Shown: positions 29,616-39,724 of the stretch, piece after piece
Position numbering within the stretch: the first letter of the stretch is position 1
Layout of the letters: each line of letters opens with the position of its first letter
DNA from: Candidatus Brocadiia bacterium
GTDB taxonomy: Bacteria; Planctomycetota; Brocadiia; CAIUPP01
Length of the DNA: 64,000 bases
NCBI GenBank assembly: GCA_050015075.1
Contig: JBEKCB010000018.1
Location: forward strand, 20,461 to 84,460
Direction of reading: 5' to 3'
Position numbers and translations under genes: made by a program
The notes under the pieces: generated by a model
The model's database searches: none
What the model saw: the letters and a program-made list of their open reading frames with translations, nothing else
What the model was told of the DNA's origin: nothing

Positions 29616-30203
29616 CTAACGTTGGTCGTCAGACGAGGGCGGGCCGGACGCCTGACGTTCAGCCATCTCCTGGAGCTTCGGCTCGATGATGAGCTTGGCG
29701 GTCGGGGTGAGGCGGTCCACGAAGAGCGTGCCGTCGAGGTGGTCCAACTCGTGCTGCCACGCGCGCGCGACCAGGCCCTGCGCCTCCATCTCGACCGTCT
29801 CGCCGGACGGGAGCATCGCGCGGACGGTGACGATCTCCGCGCGGCGCACTTTGGCGAAGACGCCGGGCACGCTCAGGCAGCCTTCCTCCTCGAAGAGCTT
29901 TCCGCGCTTGGACAGGATCACCGGATTGATGAACGTCTCGACCTTTCCCGGCTCCGAGGTCGTGTTGATGAGCATGAACCGGAACGGCCAGCCGACCTGC
30001 GTAGCGGCCAGCCCGACGCCCTTCTCCTGGTGCATCAGTTCCGCCATGCGTTCGGACATCTCGCGGAGGAAACTGTTGATTTCCTTGATGCGATCCGCGT
30101 GCGCGCGCAGCGCCGGCGCCGGATAACGGAGGACGTGCAGCGTCTTCAGATCGGGATATTGCACAGGTTTCAATCCACGCCCTGCCGGCCGCAGGCGGGG
30201 CAA
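29616..30203 (-). CDS. def: peptide deformylase
   Basis: GVGLAATQVG, EGCLSVPG and HELDHLDG motifs. The exact start is uncertain. Confidence 0.8.
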   Translation of the reverse strand: MPRLRPAGRGLKPVQYPDLKTLHVLRYPAPALRAHADRIKEINSFLREMSERMAELMHQEKGVGLAATQVGWPFRFMLINTTSEPGKVETFINPVILSKRGKLFEEEGCLSVPGVFAKVRRAEIVTVRAMLPSGETVEMEAQGLVARAWQHELDHLDGTLFVDRLTPTAKLIIEPKLQEMAERQASGPPSSDDQR

Positions 30204-30287
30204 CCAGAGGTCCGCGGCAGATGCAGCCGCCGTACGACCCCAGCAAAGAACGCGGGCGGCGAGTTGACTTCCTGCAGAACCGTCCGC

Positions 30288-30560
30288 CTATTCCGCCGCT
30301 TTCGCCGCGCCGCCGTTGAGCTTGGAGTCGATCAGGGTGATCAGGTCGCCGACGGTGCGGAGTTTCATGGCTTCGTCGTCGGCGATCTTGACATTGAGCC
30401 GCTCCTCGATCTCGAACAGGAGCTCGGTGAGCTGCAGCGAGTCGAACCCCAGTCCCTCGCGCATGACGGTTTCTTCCTGCACCTGCACGCGCTTGAGGAG
30501 CTGATCGTCCACGATGTTCAGAATTTTTTCCAGCTCGGCCTTGATCTGCTGTCTGTCCAT
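30288..30560 (-). CDS. acyl carrier protein
   Basis: MDRQQIKAELEKILNIV...LGFDSLQLTELLFEIEE, with the DSL phosphopantetheine-attachment motif. A GAGGG RBS is present. Confidence 0.75.
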   Translation of the reverse strand: MDRQQIKAELEKILNIVDDQLLKRVQVQEETVMREGLGFDSLQLTELLFEIEERLNVKIADDEAMKLRTVGDLITLIDSKLNGGAAKAAE

Positions 30561-30565
30561 TGGCT

Positions 30566-31828
30566 TCATCCCTCGTAGGCTCGGACGGCGAGAACGGCGT
30601 TGGATCCTCCGAACGCGAACGAATTGCTGAGCGCGGCGCGGATGCGGGCGGGCCGCGCGACATTGGGGACGTAATCCAGGTCGCACTCCGGGTCGGGCTC
30701 ATCGAGGTTGACCGTCGGCGGCATGACCTGATGCCGGATGGCGAGGATGGTGGCGATGAGCTCCAGCGCGCCGCTGGCGCCCAGGGCGTGTCCGACGACG
30801 GACTTGGTGGAGCTGATGCCGACGCGCCGCGCGTGTGCGCCGAGCGCCAGCTTGATCGCCTGCGTCTCGGTGCTGTCGTTGAGGAGCGTGCTGGTGCCGT
30901 GGGCGTTGATGTAGTCCACGTCTTCGGCGGCCAGGCCGGTGACGCGCAGCGCGTGGCGGATGGCGCTGGCCTGGCCTTCGGGGCTGGGCTTGGTGATGTG
31001 CGTGGCGTCGCTGGAGGAGCCGCTGCCGAGGATCTCGGCGTAGATGTGAGCGCCGCGGCGCACGGCGTGCTCGGCCTCTTCGAAGACGAGCATGGCGGAG
31101 CCCTCGGCGAGGACCAGGCCGTCGCGCCGGCGGTCGAACGGGCGGCAGGCCTTGGCCGGGTCCGGGTTCTTGGAGAGGACGCGCAGGTTGATCCACGCGC
31201 CGAACATGCTCTGGATGATCGGCGAATCGCACCCGCCGGTGACGACCATGTCCTCGCGGCCGGTCTGGATCCATTCGCAGGCGTCGGCCATGGCGAGCGC
31301 GCCGCTGGCGCAGGCGGCGGCGACGACGTGATGACCGCCGAGGAGGTGGCATTCCATGGAGATGTGGCTGGCGATGACGTTGTACATCGAGCGCGGGACG
31401 GTGGTCGGCCGGACGCCCTGCCAGCCGCGCGCGTTGTAGAGGGCGTAGGATTCGGTGACCGTCTCGCACGGGCCGAGGCCGGAGCCGATCAGGAGTCCGA
31501 TGCGCGCGCCGTTGCGCGCGGCCTCCGCCAACGCAGCATCCTCCAGGGCGCGCCGCGCGGCAATGAGCCCGAGCAGCGCGCTGCGGTCGGTGCGCTCGAT
31601 GGCGCTCGCCGGCACGGCTTTGAGCAGGTCCGCCTGGTCCACCTCGCCGGCGCTGTGGATGGGCATTTCGCTGCTGTCGAAATTGCGGATGGCGCGGACG
31701 GCGGAACGGCCGCAGGTAAGGCCGGCCCAATACGCGTCGAGGTCGCACCCGGCCGGGCTGAGAAGCCCCATGCCGGTGACGACGACGCGGCGCTGCGGGT
31801 GAGCACGGCCGGCGGACTCCACCATCAT
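30566..31828 (-). CDS. beta-ketoacyl-[ACP] synthase (KAS I/II family, FabF-like)
   Basis: A thiolase-fold KAS with active-site AACASG and a C-terminal HGTSTxxND...GHALGASG. The start ATGATG overlaps the upstream stop (ATGA). Confidence 0.8.
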   Translation of the reverse strand: MMVESAGRAHPQRRVVVTGMGLLSPAGCDLDAYWAGLTCGRSAVRAIRNFDSSEMPIHSAGEVDQADLLKAVPASAIERTDRSALLGLIAARRALEDAALAEAARNGARIGLLIGSGLGPCETVTESYALYNARGWQGVRPTTVPRSMYNVIASHISMECHLLGGHHVVAAACASGALAMADACEWIQTGREDMVVTGGCDSPIIQSMFGAWINLRVLSKNPDPAKACRPFDRRRDGLVLAEGSAMLVFEEAEHAVRRGAHIYAEILGSGSSSDATHITKPSPEGQASAIRHALRVTGLAAEDVDYINAHGTSTLLNDSTETQAIKLALGAHARRVGISSTKSVVGHALGASGALELIATILAIRHQVMPPTVNLDEPDPECDLDYVPNVARPARIRAALSNSFAFGGSNAVLAVRAYEG

Positions 31829-32829
31829 CCTCGCTTCCTGAGTTTCTTTTGCGCGGAGGCCATCTCGCGGAAGACCAGGGCGACGGCGTCGCGCGCGTCT
31901 TCCGCGGTGGCGGTCTCGGGCGCGCGGCCGGCTTTCAAGCAGTCCACGAAGTATTTCACCTCGTTGAAGTAACCGCCGAGGCTGCTGATGTTGCCGCCGG
32001 CCTGGACTTCTCCGGCCTTCACTTGGGGCACACTGACCAGCGCCGGGGGCTTGCCTTTTTCGTAACGGGCGAGCGGCTGACTCTTCGAGGAGTAGCTGAG
32101 CACGCCCTTCGCGAAGACGGCGCGGAAAGCCATCTCGAACGGCTCGGGTGCGTCGCACCAGCCGCCCTGGGCGGTGACGGCGACGGCCGGGTAGTGATAG
32201 TGCGTCGCGATCTGGTTCCACGCGCCGCCCTGGCACACGCCGACGCTGTCGAGGCCCTTCGGCTTGCCCAACAGGTACAGCGCGTAGTCCACGTCGTGGA
32301 TGTGCAGGTCGAGCGCGGCGCCGCCGCTGAGGGCCGGCTTGCGGAACCACCCTTTCCAGCCGACGGGCATTTCGCCGAAGCGCCGCATCTCGAGCGAGAC
32401 GAGCGGACCGAGCGTTTTCTGCTCGGTGTACTGCTTCAGGAGCTGATACTCCGGCCAGAAGCGGAGGACGTGGCCGACCATGAATTTGATTTTCGCGTCG
32501 CGGATGGCCTTGACCATGCGGTTGGCCTGGGCCGGATCGCGCGCGATGGGTTTTTCGCAAAGGCAATCCAGGCCGCGCTTTGCGGCAAGGAGCGCCGCCT
32601 CGCAATGCAGGTAGGTCGGCAGGCAGATGTCCACGAGGTCTACCGGCGCGCGGGTGATGAGTTCGCGCGCGGTGGAGAAGACGGCGGCGCCGTGTTTCGC
32701 GGCGAGCGGCTGCGCGTTCTCCGCCTGGTCATCGGCGATGGCGACGATTCGGACATCAGGGATCGCGGCGTAACAGGCCGCGTGCATTCTTCCCATGAAG
32801 CCGACGCCGCAGAGACCGACTTTGATCAT
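31825..32829 (-). CDS. Gfo/Idh/MocA family NAD(P)-dependent oxidoreductase
   Basis: MIKVGLCGVGFMGRMHA...EKP, a Rossmann fold followed by a GFO_IDH_MocA C-terminal domain. Confidence 0.8.
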   Translation of the reverse strand: MIKVGLCGVGFMGRMHAACYAAIPDVRIVAIADDQAENAQPLAAKHGAAVFSTARELITRAPVDLVDICLPTYLHCEAALLAAKRGLDCLCEKPIARDPAQANRMVKAIRDAKIKFMVGHVLRFWPEYQLLKQYTEQKTLGPLVSLEMRRFGEMPVGWKGWFRKPALSGGAALDLHIHDVDYALYLLGKPKGLDSVGVCQGGAWNQIATHYHYPAVAVTAQGGWCDAPEPFEMAFRAVFAKGVLSYSSKSQPLARYEKGKPPALVSVPQVKAGEVQAGGNISSLGGYFNEVKYFVDCLKAGRAPETATAEDARDAVALVFREMASAQKKLRKRG

Positions 32830-32862
32830 GACCGCTCCTATCGCGCAGGAAGGCGACGACTC

Positions 32863-33714
32863 TCACATCGCCAGGATGGCGTCCATGGCGTTCGAGGTGT
32901 TCTGGATCCGCACCATGGGGCCCGTCCTGTAGGCCGGGACCATCTCGGCGGTGCAGAAGCCATCATATCCGACGGCCTTCAACGCCTTGACGACCTCCGG
33001 CCAGTTCACGTCGCCTTCGAGCAGGTCGCAGAACCCGTCCGCGCCGCCGGCGGAGGCCTTGTAATCCTTGAAATGCACGCGCTTGATGCGCTTGCCGAGG
33101 ATGCGGATCCAGTGCTGCGGGTATCCGAACGCCACGACGTTGCCGACGTCGAAGTACGCCGCGACGAACTCGCTGTCGAACCCGTCAATGAAGTCGCGCA
33201 TCTCGATCGGGCTGAGGAGAAACTTGTTCCAGACGTTCTCGACGCACAGGACGACCTTGCACTGCTCGGCGGTGCGGAGCAGCCGCTGCGTGCCTTCCTT
33301 GGCGCGCGCGAAGAGGATGTCGTACGGGATCACCTCCGCCGCCGGATTGAAGAACACGTCCACCGCGCCCGGGATGAAGAGCAGCGCGTCCGTCCCGAGC
33401 CATTGCGCGATTTGCAGCATCTTCTTCGCGGCCTGCTCGGCGCGGTTGCGGTCGGTGACCTTGTCGCCGCCGAGGCTGTACGACCAGTAGATGCCGCTGG
33501 CGAGCGAGGCGATTTTCACACCGGTCTTCTCGGCCTTCGCGCGGATGTCGGAGCATTCCTTCAGCGTCGTCTTGAGCGTCAACGGCCCCGACTCGGCGCA
33601 GCACAGTTCAACTGCGGGGAAGCCGGCGGCTTTGGCCTCGGCGAAAAACTCGCTGAGACTCTTCTTCGCTTCCAGTCCGCCCGGAAACGACCAGTAGTTG
33701 ATGCTCTTCTGCAT
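32863..33714 (-). CDS. sugar phosphate isomerase/epimerase (xylose isomerase-like TIM barrel)
   Basis: 283 aa with AP-endonuclease-2 / xylose-isomerase-like TIM-barrel features. Confidence 0.7.
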   Translation of the reverse strand: MQKSINYWSFPGGLEAKKSLSEFFAEAKAAGFPAVELCCAESGPLTLKTTLKECSDIRAKAEKTGVKIASLASGIYWSYSLGGDKVTDRNRAEQAAKKMLQIAQWLGTDALLFIPGAVDVFFNPAAEVIPYDILFARAKEGTQRLLRTAEQCKVVLCVENVWNKFLLSPIEMRDFIDGFDSEFVAAYFDVGNVVAFGYPQHWIRILGKRIKRVHFKDYKASAGGADGFCDLLEGDVNWPEVVKALKAVGYDGFCTAEMVPAYRTGPMVRIQNTSNAMDAILAM

Positions 33715-33860
33715 GCACCGACTCCTTGCAAGGCAAAGCTTCTGCGCTCGCGCTGATGCGCGTTTTCAACCCCAGGCAGTGACGAAAGATTCTACCAGAG
33801 TGCTTCGGCGGAAAACAACCGGGTCCGGCGGGAGGCGCCGGAGCGCGTATCGCAACTCGT

Positions 33861-34673
33861 TCAGGCGCTTGGGGTAGCGTTGCGAACGATCGCCATCGCC
33901 CGCAGGTATGCGTCCGCCGGCGCGAAAAACTCGAACGTCAGCGGCCCGCGATAGCCTTCCCCGGCGATGCGCGGCAAAATCTCGCCCCACCGGATCGCTC
34001 CATCGCCCAGCGGCAGGTGCTGGTCCTCCGCGCCGAGGTTGTCGTGCAGGTGGATGTTGAACACGCGGTCGAACGGCTGGCGGAGGAATTCCTCGAGCTG
34101 GTTGTTGATGTGCGCGTGCCCGAGGTCGAGCGTGCGCCCGATCCGCGGCGAGGGAAGTTCGGCCATGACCTGTTCGAAATCCTCCGGCCGATCGCCGAGC
34201 GCGTCGGTGATGATGGCCTTCGTGTGGTTCTCGAGCGCGAGGCGCATTCGCCGCCGCTCGAGTTCCGGAACCGCCAGGCGGATTCCCGCGGCGACGTTGC
34301 CGAGCGCCGCGGCGCGGCCGGTCCCGGCCGGGCAGGAGCCGAGATGCAGCGTGACGAGCGACGCCTCCAGGCGCTGCGCGCGGTCGAGGATCGTCGAGAT
34401 CGTCGCCGCGATGGCCTGCGGCGGGCGCAGCGTTTCGCCGGCGCGCGAGAGGTCGAACGGCGCTTCGTATGGCCCGTGATACTGCGGCGCCAGCTTGTGC
34501 CGCTTGTCCAGCGCGCACAACTGAGGCGCCGTCTCGGTCCCGGACCACGGATCCGCGCTGCCGGGCTCGAACCACTCGACGCGCGCGAACCCGACCTGCG
34601 CGATTGCCTCGACGAGCGCGTCGAGGCTCGAAAACGGATTCCGGTCCACGCAGACGGCAATAGGGTTATCCAT
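33861..34673 (-). CDS. sugar phosphate isomerase/epimerase (xylose isomerase-like TIM barrel), second paralog
   Basis: 270 aa: LDLGHAHINN...NIHLHDN. Confidence 0.65.
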   Translation of the reverse strand: MDNPIAVCVDRNPFSSLDALVEAIAQVGFARVEWFEPGSADPWSGTETAPQLCALDKRHKLAPQYHGPYEAPFDLSRAGETLRPPQAIAATISTILDRAQRLEASLVTLHLGSCPAGTGRAAALGNVAAGIRLAVPELERRRMRLALENHTKAIITDALGDRPEDFEQVMAELPSPRIGRTLDLGHAHINNQLEEFLRQPFDRVFNIHLHDNLGAEDQHLPLGDGAIRWGEILPRIAGEGYRGPLTFEFFAPADAYLRAMAIVRNATPSA

Positions 34674-34725
34674 CGGGCAGTCCCTGATGATGGCGGACGG
34701 GCACGGGCCGAGCGGTCTTCGCCGG

Positions 34726-35694
34726 CTACGACGTCAGGTACAACTCGCGCCGCAGCTCCGCGTAAGCGCCGCCGGATTCTTCCTTCACCTCGGCGCCGAA
34801 AGCGCGCGAGATCCCGTCGCGCTCCTCGGCGGTAAGTTCGAAATCGGACGCCTTGAGGCTGTCTTCGAGTTGATCGAGCCGGCTGGCGCCCACGATCGGG
34901 CAGGTGACCGCGGGGCAGGAGGAAACCCACGCGATGGCCACATGCACGGGCGAAACGCCGCGCCGCGCGGCCAGTTCCAGGAGGAAGCGCATGCCGCTGG
35001 TGTAGCGATCGAGCCAGTCGGTGATGCGCTCGTCCGTCTCCGCGCGCGAGTCCTTGGGAATCGGCCCGCCCGGCTGATATTTCCCGGCCAGCAGCCCGAT
35101 CAGCAGCGTGCGGTAAATGGTGATGGCGCTCCCTTCCGCGAGCGCCTGCGGCAGCACTTCGACCTCGACGCCGCGCTCGATCGGGTTGTACGGCACCTGG
35201 TTGCAGACGAGTTCCGTCCAGCCGTGGAGCCTGGAGATCGCGTTCGAGTAGCAGAACAGCCAGGCCGGGTAGTTGCAGCAGCCGACGAAGCGCGCCTTGC
35301 CGGACTTCACGACGCGGTCCAGCGCCTCCATCACCTCCATCGGCTTCATGCCTTTCTTCGGCCAGTGGATCATGTAGAGATCCACGAAGTCCGTCTGGAG
35401 GCGGCGCAGGCTCTCCTCGATGCTCTGGGTGATCGCCTCGGCGTCAATGCCGCGGTGCACCTTCGTCGCCAGGAAGACTTTCTTGCGCGCGGGCTTGAGG
35501 ATGCGGCCCAGGAGTTCCTCGGCGGCGCCTTCGCCGTACATCGCGGCGGTGTCCACGAAATTCACGCCCGCGTCGAGCGCCGCGGAGATGATGCGGCTCG
35601 CCTCGGCCTCGTCGGTGCGCCGGCCGAACATCATCGTGCCGAGGCACAGGTGCGAGACTTTGACGCCGGTCTTCCCGAAGGTGACTTGCTTCAT
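34726..35694 (-). CDS. aldo/keto reductase
   Basis: LGTMMFG, DTAAMYG, and LYMIHWP motifs. Confidence 0.8.
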   Translation of the reverse strand: MKQVTFGKTGVKVSHLCLGTMMFGRRTDEAEASRIISAALDAGVNFVDTAAMYGEGAAEELLGRILKPARKKVFLATKVHRGIDAEAITQSIEESLRRLQTDFVDLYMIHWPKKGMKPMEVMEALDRVVKSGKARFVGCCNYPAWLFCYSNAISRLHGWTELVCNQVPYNPIERGVEVEVLPQALAEGSAITIYRTLLIGLLAGKYQPGGPIPKDSRAETDERITDWLDRYTSGMRFLLELAARRGVSPVHVAIAWVSSCPAVTCPIVGASRLDQLEDSLKASDFELTAEERDGISRAFGAEVKEESGGAYAELRRELYLTS

Positions 35695-35963
35695 CAGGTT
35701 CGTTCCGATCCGTTGAGGTTGCGTTCAAGTTGCGTTCAGAAACGATGACGGCGATGAGAACACCCGTCCCCGCACGACTGAGCGGTGCCCGTATTGACCC
35801 TGCTACGGCGAGGCAGTATATCACATGTGCGACTTTGAGACAAGTTTTTTCGACGCGGCGGGTTCAAGGCCGTCCTGATTGGCCGAACGGCGGGGTTCTC
35901 CTTGACAGGCCGCGCCCTGCGACTATAATGCACGAACGGGTTGGAATTCAGAAGGAGCATGCG

Positions 35964-36422
35964 ATGGCCGAACTGCTGCAAAGCCAGGTGGCGCAGATCC
36001 TGTCGGACAAGTACATCGTCATCGCCGTCGGCGCGCTCGCCGGCGCGAAGGTTGGGATGACCTTCGTCGTCCTCATGCAGGGCGAAGAGGTGAAGGATCC
36101 CGCCACCGGCGCGGTGCTCGGCCGGTGGGAACTGCCGAAGGGCTACCTGCGCGCGACGCACGTGCAGGAGCGGATGACCACGTGCGAGGGCATTCCGGCG
36201 CCGGGGCAGGACTCGCGCTCGACCGACGAGACCGGCGTGCTCTCGGCCACCATGATCTCCGATTCCCTGCGGCCGGAAACCTGGGGCGGCGCCGGCGACC
36301 GGCTCAACGTGAACCGCGCGCAGGTCGCCGGTATCCCACGCGTCGGCCCCATCTCCGTCGGCGACGTCGTCCGCGAATGCAAACTGGATTCGCCGGCCGA
36401 CCCGAAGGCCCCTCGGCCATGA
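35964..36422 (+). CDS. hypothetical protein (152 aa)
   Basis: GAAGGAG RBS, and the stop overlaps the hisD start (ATGA). No recognisable domain. Confidence 0.45.
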   Translation: MAELLQSQVAQILSDKYIVIAVGALAGAKVGMTFVVLMQGEEVKDPATGAVLGRWELPKGYLRATHVQERMTTCEGIPAPGQDSRSTDETGVLSATMISDSLRPETWGGAGDRLNVNRAQVAGIPRVGPISVGDVVRECKLDSPADPKAPRP

Positions 36423-37774
36423 AGATTCTCCGCGCCGGAGAAACCGATCTCTCGGCCGCGCTCCGGGAACTCTCGTCGAAGCTGGGACTCGGCGGCGGCA
36501 TGGTCTCCGAGAGCAGCCGCCGGAAGACGCTGGAAATCTTCGGCGAGGCGCTCACGCCGCTCGAGGTCGTGCGGAGGATCCTGCGCGACGTGCGCGCGCG
36601 CGGGGACGAGGCGATCTCCGAATACGCGCGCAAGCTCGACGGCGCGACGCTGCCGCCGAAAAAGTTCCTTGTCACGCGCAGGGAGATGGACGCCGCTTGG
36701 CGCTCCGTGCCGGCGCGTTTCCGGAAGAGCCTCGCGCGGGCGAGCGCCAACATCCGCCGCTTCCAGGAGCGCATCAAGCTCAAGGCGCCCGCGCCGCTGT
36801 GGAACCGCGAAGGAGGCCGGGTCGCGGTGGAGTACCGGCCGCTGGCGCGCGTCGGCCTCTGCGTGCCCGGCGGCCGCGCCGCGTATCCGTCCTCGGTGCT
36901 GATGACGGCCATCCCGGCGCAGGTCGCCGGCGTGGACGAGATCGCGATGGTCACGCCGTGCCGGCCCGACGGGACCGTCTGGCCGCAGACGCTCGCCGCG
37001 GCGCGCGTGGCGGAGCTGACCGAAGTCTATCGCATCAGCGGCGCGCCGGCGGTCGCCGCGCTCGCCTACGGGACGAAGACCATCCGCCGCGTGGACAAGA
37101 TCGTCGGCCCCGGAAGCATTTTCGTCACGCTGGCCAAGCGCGAGGTGTACGGCGAAGTCGCCCTCGACATGCTTGCCGGGCCGAGCGAGGTGCTGATCAT
37201 CGCCGACGCGAAGGCCGATCCGCGTTTCGCGGCCGCCGATCTGCTCAGCCAGGCCGAGCACGACCCGGCCGCGGCCGTGCTGCTGACGCCCGATGAACGC
37301 GTGGCGCGCGAGACGCTCGCGGAGATCGAGCGGCAACTGCCGAAGCTCTCGCGCGAGAAGGCCGCGCGCGACGGCCTCGAGCGATATGGTTTGATCGCCG
37401 TCACGCGCGATCTGGACCAGGCCGTCGTCCTGGCGAACCAGTTCGCGCCGGAGCACCTTGAACTCGCGGTCGAGAAGCCGGACGCTCTGCTCGGAAGAAT
37501 CCGGTCCGCCGGCGCGGTCTTCATGGGCGCCTATACGCCCGAACCGGTCGGCGATTACCTGGCCGGCCCGTCGCACGTGCTGCCGACCGGCGGCACCGCG
37601 CGGTTCTTCAGCGGACTGAGCGTGAACGATTTCCTCCGCCGCATCAGCGTGCTGCGCTACACGAAAGCGGCGCTCAGGAAGAGCGTCGCCGACATCGACA
37701 CGCTCGCCCGAGCCGAGGGCCTCGACGCGCACGCGCGGGCGGCCACGATACGGTTTGAAGACGAGGGACAATAG
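36419..37774 (+). CDS. hisD: histidinol dehydrogenase
   Basis: A full-length HisD signature. Confidence 0.85.
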   Translation: MKILRAGETDLSAALRELSSKLGLGGGMVSESSRRKTLEIFGEALTPLEVVRRILRDVRARGDEAISEYARKLDGATLPPKKFLVTRREMDAAWRSVPARFRKSLARASANIRRFQERIKLKAPAPLWNREGGRVAVEYRPLARVGLCVPGGRAAYPSSVLMTAIPAQVAGVDEIAMVTPCRPDGTVWPQTLAAARVAELTEVYRISGAPAVAALAYGTKTIRRVDKIVGPGSIFVTLAKREVYGEVALDMLAGPSEVLIIADAKADPRFAAADLLSQAEHDPAAAVLLTPDERVARETLAEIERQLPKLSREKAARDGLERYGLIAVTRDLDQAVVLANQFAPEHLELAVEKPDALLGRIRSAGAVFMGAYTPEPVGDYLAGPSHVLPTGGTARFFSGLSVNDFLRRISVLRYTKAALRKSVADIDTLARAEGLDAHARAATIRFEDEGQ

Positions 37775-37826
37775 ACTACCGGTTTCGTTCCATCGTCCAT
37801 CGTCTGCAGTTCTTCTAAGGTGCAAC

Positions 37827-38903
37827 ATGAGTTACTTCCGCCGCAACATCCAGCGCATGACCGGCTACGTGCCGGGCGAGCAACCGCAGGAGAAAGGGTT
37901 TATCAAGCTCAACACGAACGAGTCGCCGTATCCGCCATCGCGGAAGGTGCTCCGCGCGGTCCGGGCGGCGGTGAACGCGGACGTGCGGCTCTACCCCGAC
38001 CCGATGGCCAACGCGCTCCGGCGCAGGGCGGCGGAACTCTTCGGGACTCGGCCGGAATGCGTGCTGGCGGGGAACGGGTCGGATGAGCTGCTCACGATCG
38101 TTGTGCGCGCGTTCGCCGGGCCGAAGCGCGTCGTGGCGTATCCGACGCCGACCTATTCGCTCTATCCGACGCTCGCCGCCATCGAGGACGCGCGCACGCG
38201 CCCGGTCCCGTACCCGCGCGATTTCTCGCTGCCCGCCGGGCTTTTCCGCAAGGGCGCGGCGGTGACGATCGTGGCGAACCCGAACAGCCCGACCGGCACC
38301 GCGGCGTTGCCGAAAGAACTCGCGCGGCTGGCGCGCGCGGTCAGCGGCGTGCTGGTGATTGACGAGGCGTACGTGGATTTCGCGGACCTCGACTGCATGG
38401 AACTCGCGAGACGCCACAGCAACGTGATCGTGCTGCGGACGTTCTCGAAGTCGTTTTCGCTCTGCGGCCTCCGGCTCGGCCTGGCCGTCGCCGACGAGAA
38501 GCTCATCGAGGGCATGGCCAAGGTCAAGGACAGCTACAACGTCAACCGGCTGGCGATCGTGGCGGGCGCGGCGGCGCTCGACGACATCGGCTCGATGCGG
38601 GCGAACGCGGAGAAAATCCGCCGGACGCGCGCGCGGCTGACGGCGGCGCTGGAATCGCGCGGCTGGTTCGTTTATCCTTCGCAGAGCAACTTCATCTTCG
38701 CGCGTGTGCCGCCGCCGCTCTCGGCGCGCCGGATTTACCAGGAGCTGAAGCGCCGGAAAATCCTCGTCCGCTATTTCGACGCGCCCGGTCTCGACGACGG
38801 GCTGCGCATCACCATCGGCAGCGACCGCGAGATCAGCGCATTGATCCGCGGCCTGCGAAGCATCGAGGAACAAAGAATTTTAACCACAGATGGACACAGA
38901 TGA
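37827..38903 (+). CDS. hisC: histidinol-phosphate aminotransferase
   Basis: MSYFRRNIQRMTGYVPGEQ...KLNTNESPY, and TFSKSFSLCGLRLG containing the PLP-binding lysine. Confidence 0.85.
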   Translation: MSYFRRNIQRMTGYVPGEQPQEKGFIKLNTNESPYPPSRKVLRAVRAAVNADVRLYPDPMANALRRRAAELFGTRPECVLAGNGSDELLTIVVRAFAGPKRVVAYPTPTYSLYPTLAAIEDARTRPVPYPRDFSLPAGLFRKGAAVTIVANPNSPTGTAALPKELARLARAVSGVLVIDEAYVDFADLDCMELARRHSNVIVLRTFSKSFSLCGLRLGLAVADEKLIEGMAKVKDSYNVNRLAIVAGAAALDDIGSMRANAEKIRRTRARLTAALESRGWFVYPSQSNFIFARVPPPLSARRIYQELKRRKILVRYFDAPGLDDGLRITIGSDREISALIRGLRSIEEQRILTTDGHR

Positions 38904-38962
38904 ACACAGATACGCAATAACTTTCTTGTCCACATCTGTGCTCATCTGTGTCCATCTGTGGT
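38884..38962. repeat. palindrome with CACAGATG(A/G)A tandem-unit arms (28-bp arms, 1 mismatch) overlapping the hisC stop codon
   Basis: ccacagatggacacagatgaacacagat-[loop]-atctgtgctcatctgtgtccatctgtgg. The same module occurs at 40921-41000. Confidence 0.8.
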
Positions 38963-38992
38963 TTCAAAATGAATTAAACTGAGGAGATGAAC

Positions 38993-39583
38993 ATGGCATC
39001 CCGCAAGTCCGAGGTCCGCCGCAAGACGAAGGAGACGGACGTGACGCTCTCGCTGGTGCTCGACGGCGGCGGCGCGGGCGCGATTTCCACCGGAGTCGGG
39101 TTCCTCGATCACATGCTCGACCTGCTGGCGCGGCACGGGCTGCTGGACCTGACCGTGAAGGCGACGGGCGATACGCACGTGGACGCGCACCACACCGTCG
39201 AGGACGTCGGCATCTGCTTCGGCCAGGCGCTGAAGGAGGCGCTCGGCGACCGCAGGGGCATCCGCCGGTTCGGCGATTGCGCCGTGCCGATGGAGGACTC
39301 GCTGGCGCAGGTGGCGCTGGACCTCGGCGGCCGCGGCGCGCTCGTCTTCAACGTCGCGTTCCCGACTCCGAAGACCGGCGATTTCGACGTGGTCCTCGTC
39401 GAGGAATTCTTCCGCGCCGTCGCGGGCAACTCCGGCATGAACCTGCACGTCAACGTCCCGTACGGCAAGAACAGCCACCACGTCGCCGAAGCGGTCTTCA
39501 AGTCCTTCGCCCGCGCGCTGGACCAGGCGATGCAGCTCGATCCGCGGATCAAGGGCGTGCCGTCAACGAAAGGTATGATTTAG
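38993..39583 (+). CDS. hisB: imidazoleglycerol-phosphate dehydratase
   Basis: IGPD motifs (GVGFLDHMLDLLARHG, HHTVEDVGI). A GAGGAG RBS is present. Confidence 0.85.
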   Translation: MASRKSEVRRKTKETDVTLSLVLDGGGAGAISTGVGFLDHMLDLLARHGLLDLTVKATGDTHVDAHHTVEDVGICFGQALKEALGDRRGIRRFGDCAVPMEDSLAQVALDLGGRGALVFNVAFPTPKTGDFDVVLVEEFFRAVAGNSGMNLHVNVPYGKNSHHVAEAVFKSFARALDQAMQLDPRIKGVPSTKGMI

Positions 39584-39595
39584 GGAATAACCAAA

Positions 39596-39675
39596 CTCGT
39601 AATCGTAATCGCCGTTTTACCTACAGCCGGACGAACGGACGAGTACGATTAGGAGCAAGATTACGATTACGAAAA
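39596..39675. repeat. palindrome with CGTAAT tandem-unit arms between hisB and alr
   Basis: actcgtaatcgtaatcgcc ... gattacgattacgaaaagt. Confidence 0.65.
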
Positions 39676-39724
39676 GTAGGCGCTCCTGGTTTTCTCGGCT
39701 CTTAGGTTTTGTCGTTGGAACCCC

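Noticed and set aside
30566-32605. A 679-aa minus-strand ORF from the ORF track.
   Set aside because: Only the C-terminal 420 aa (from the ATGATG at 31828) is a real KAS. The N-terminal extension overlaps the Gfo/Idh/MocA gene in another frame and is Arg-rich noise.
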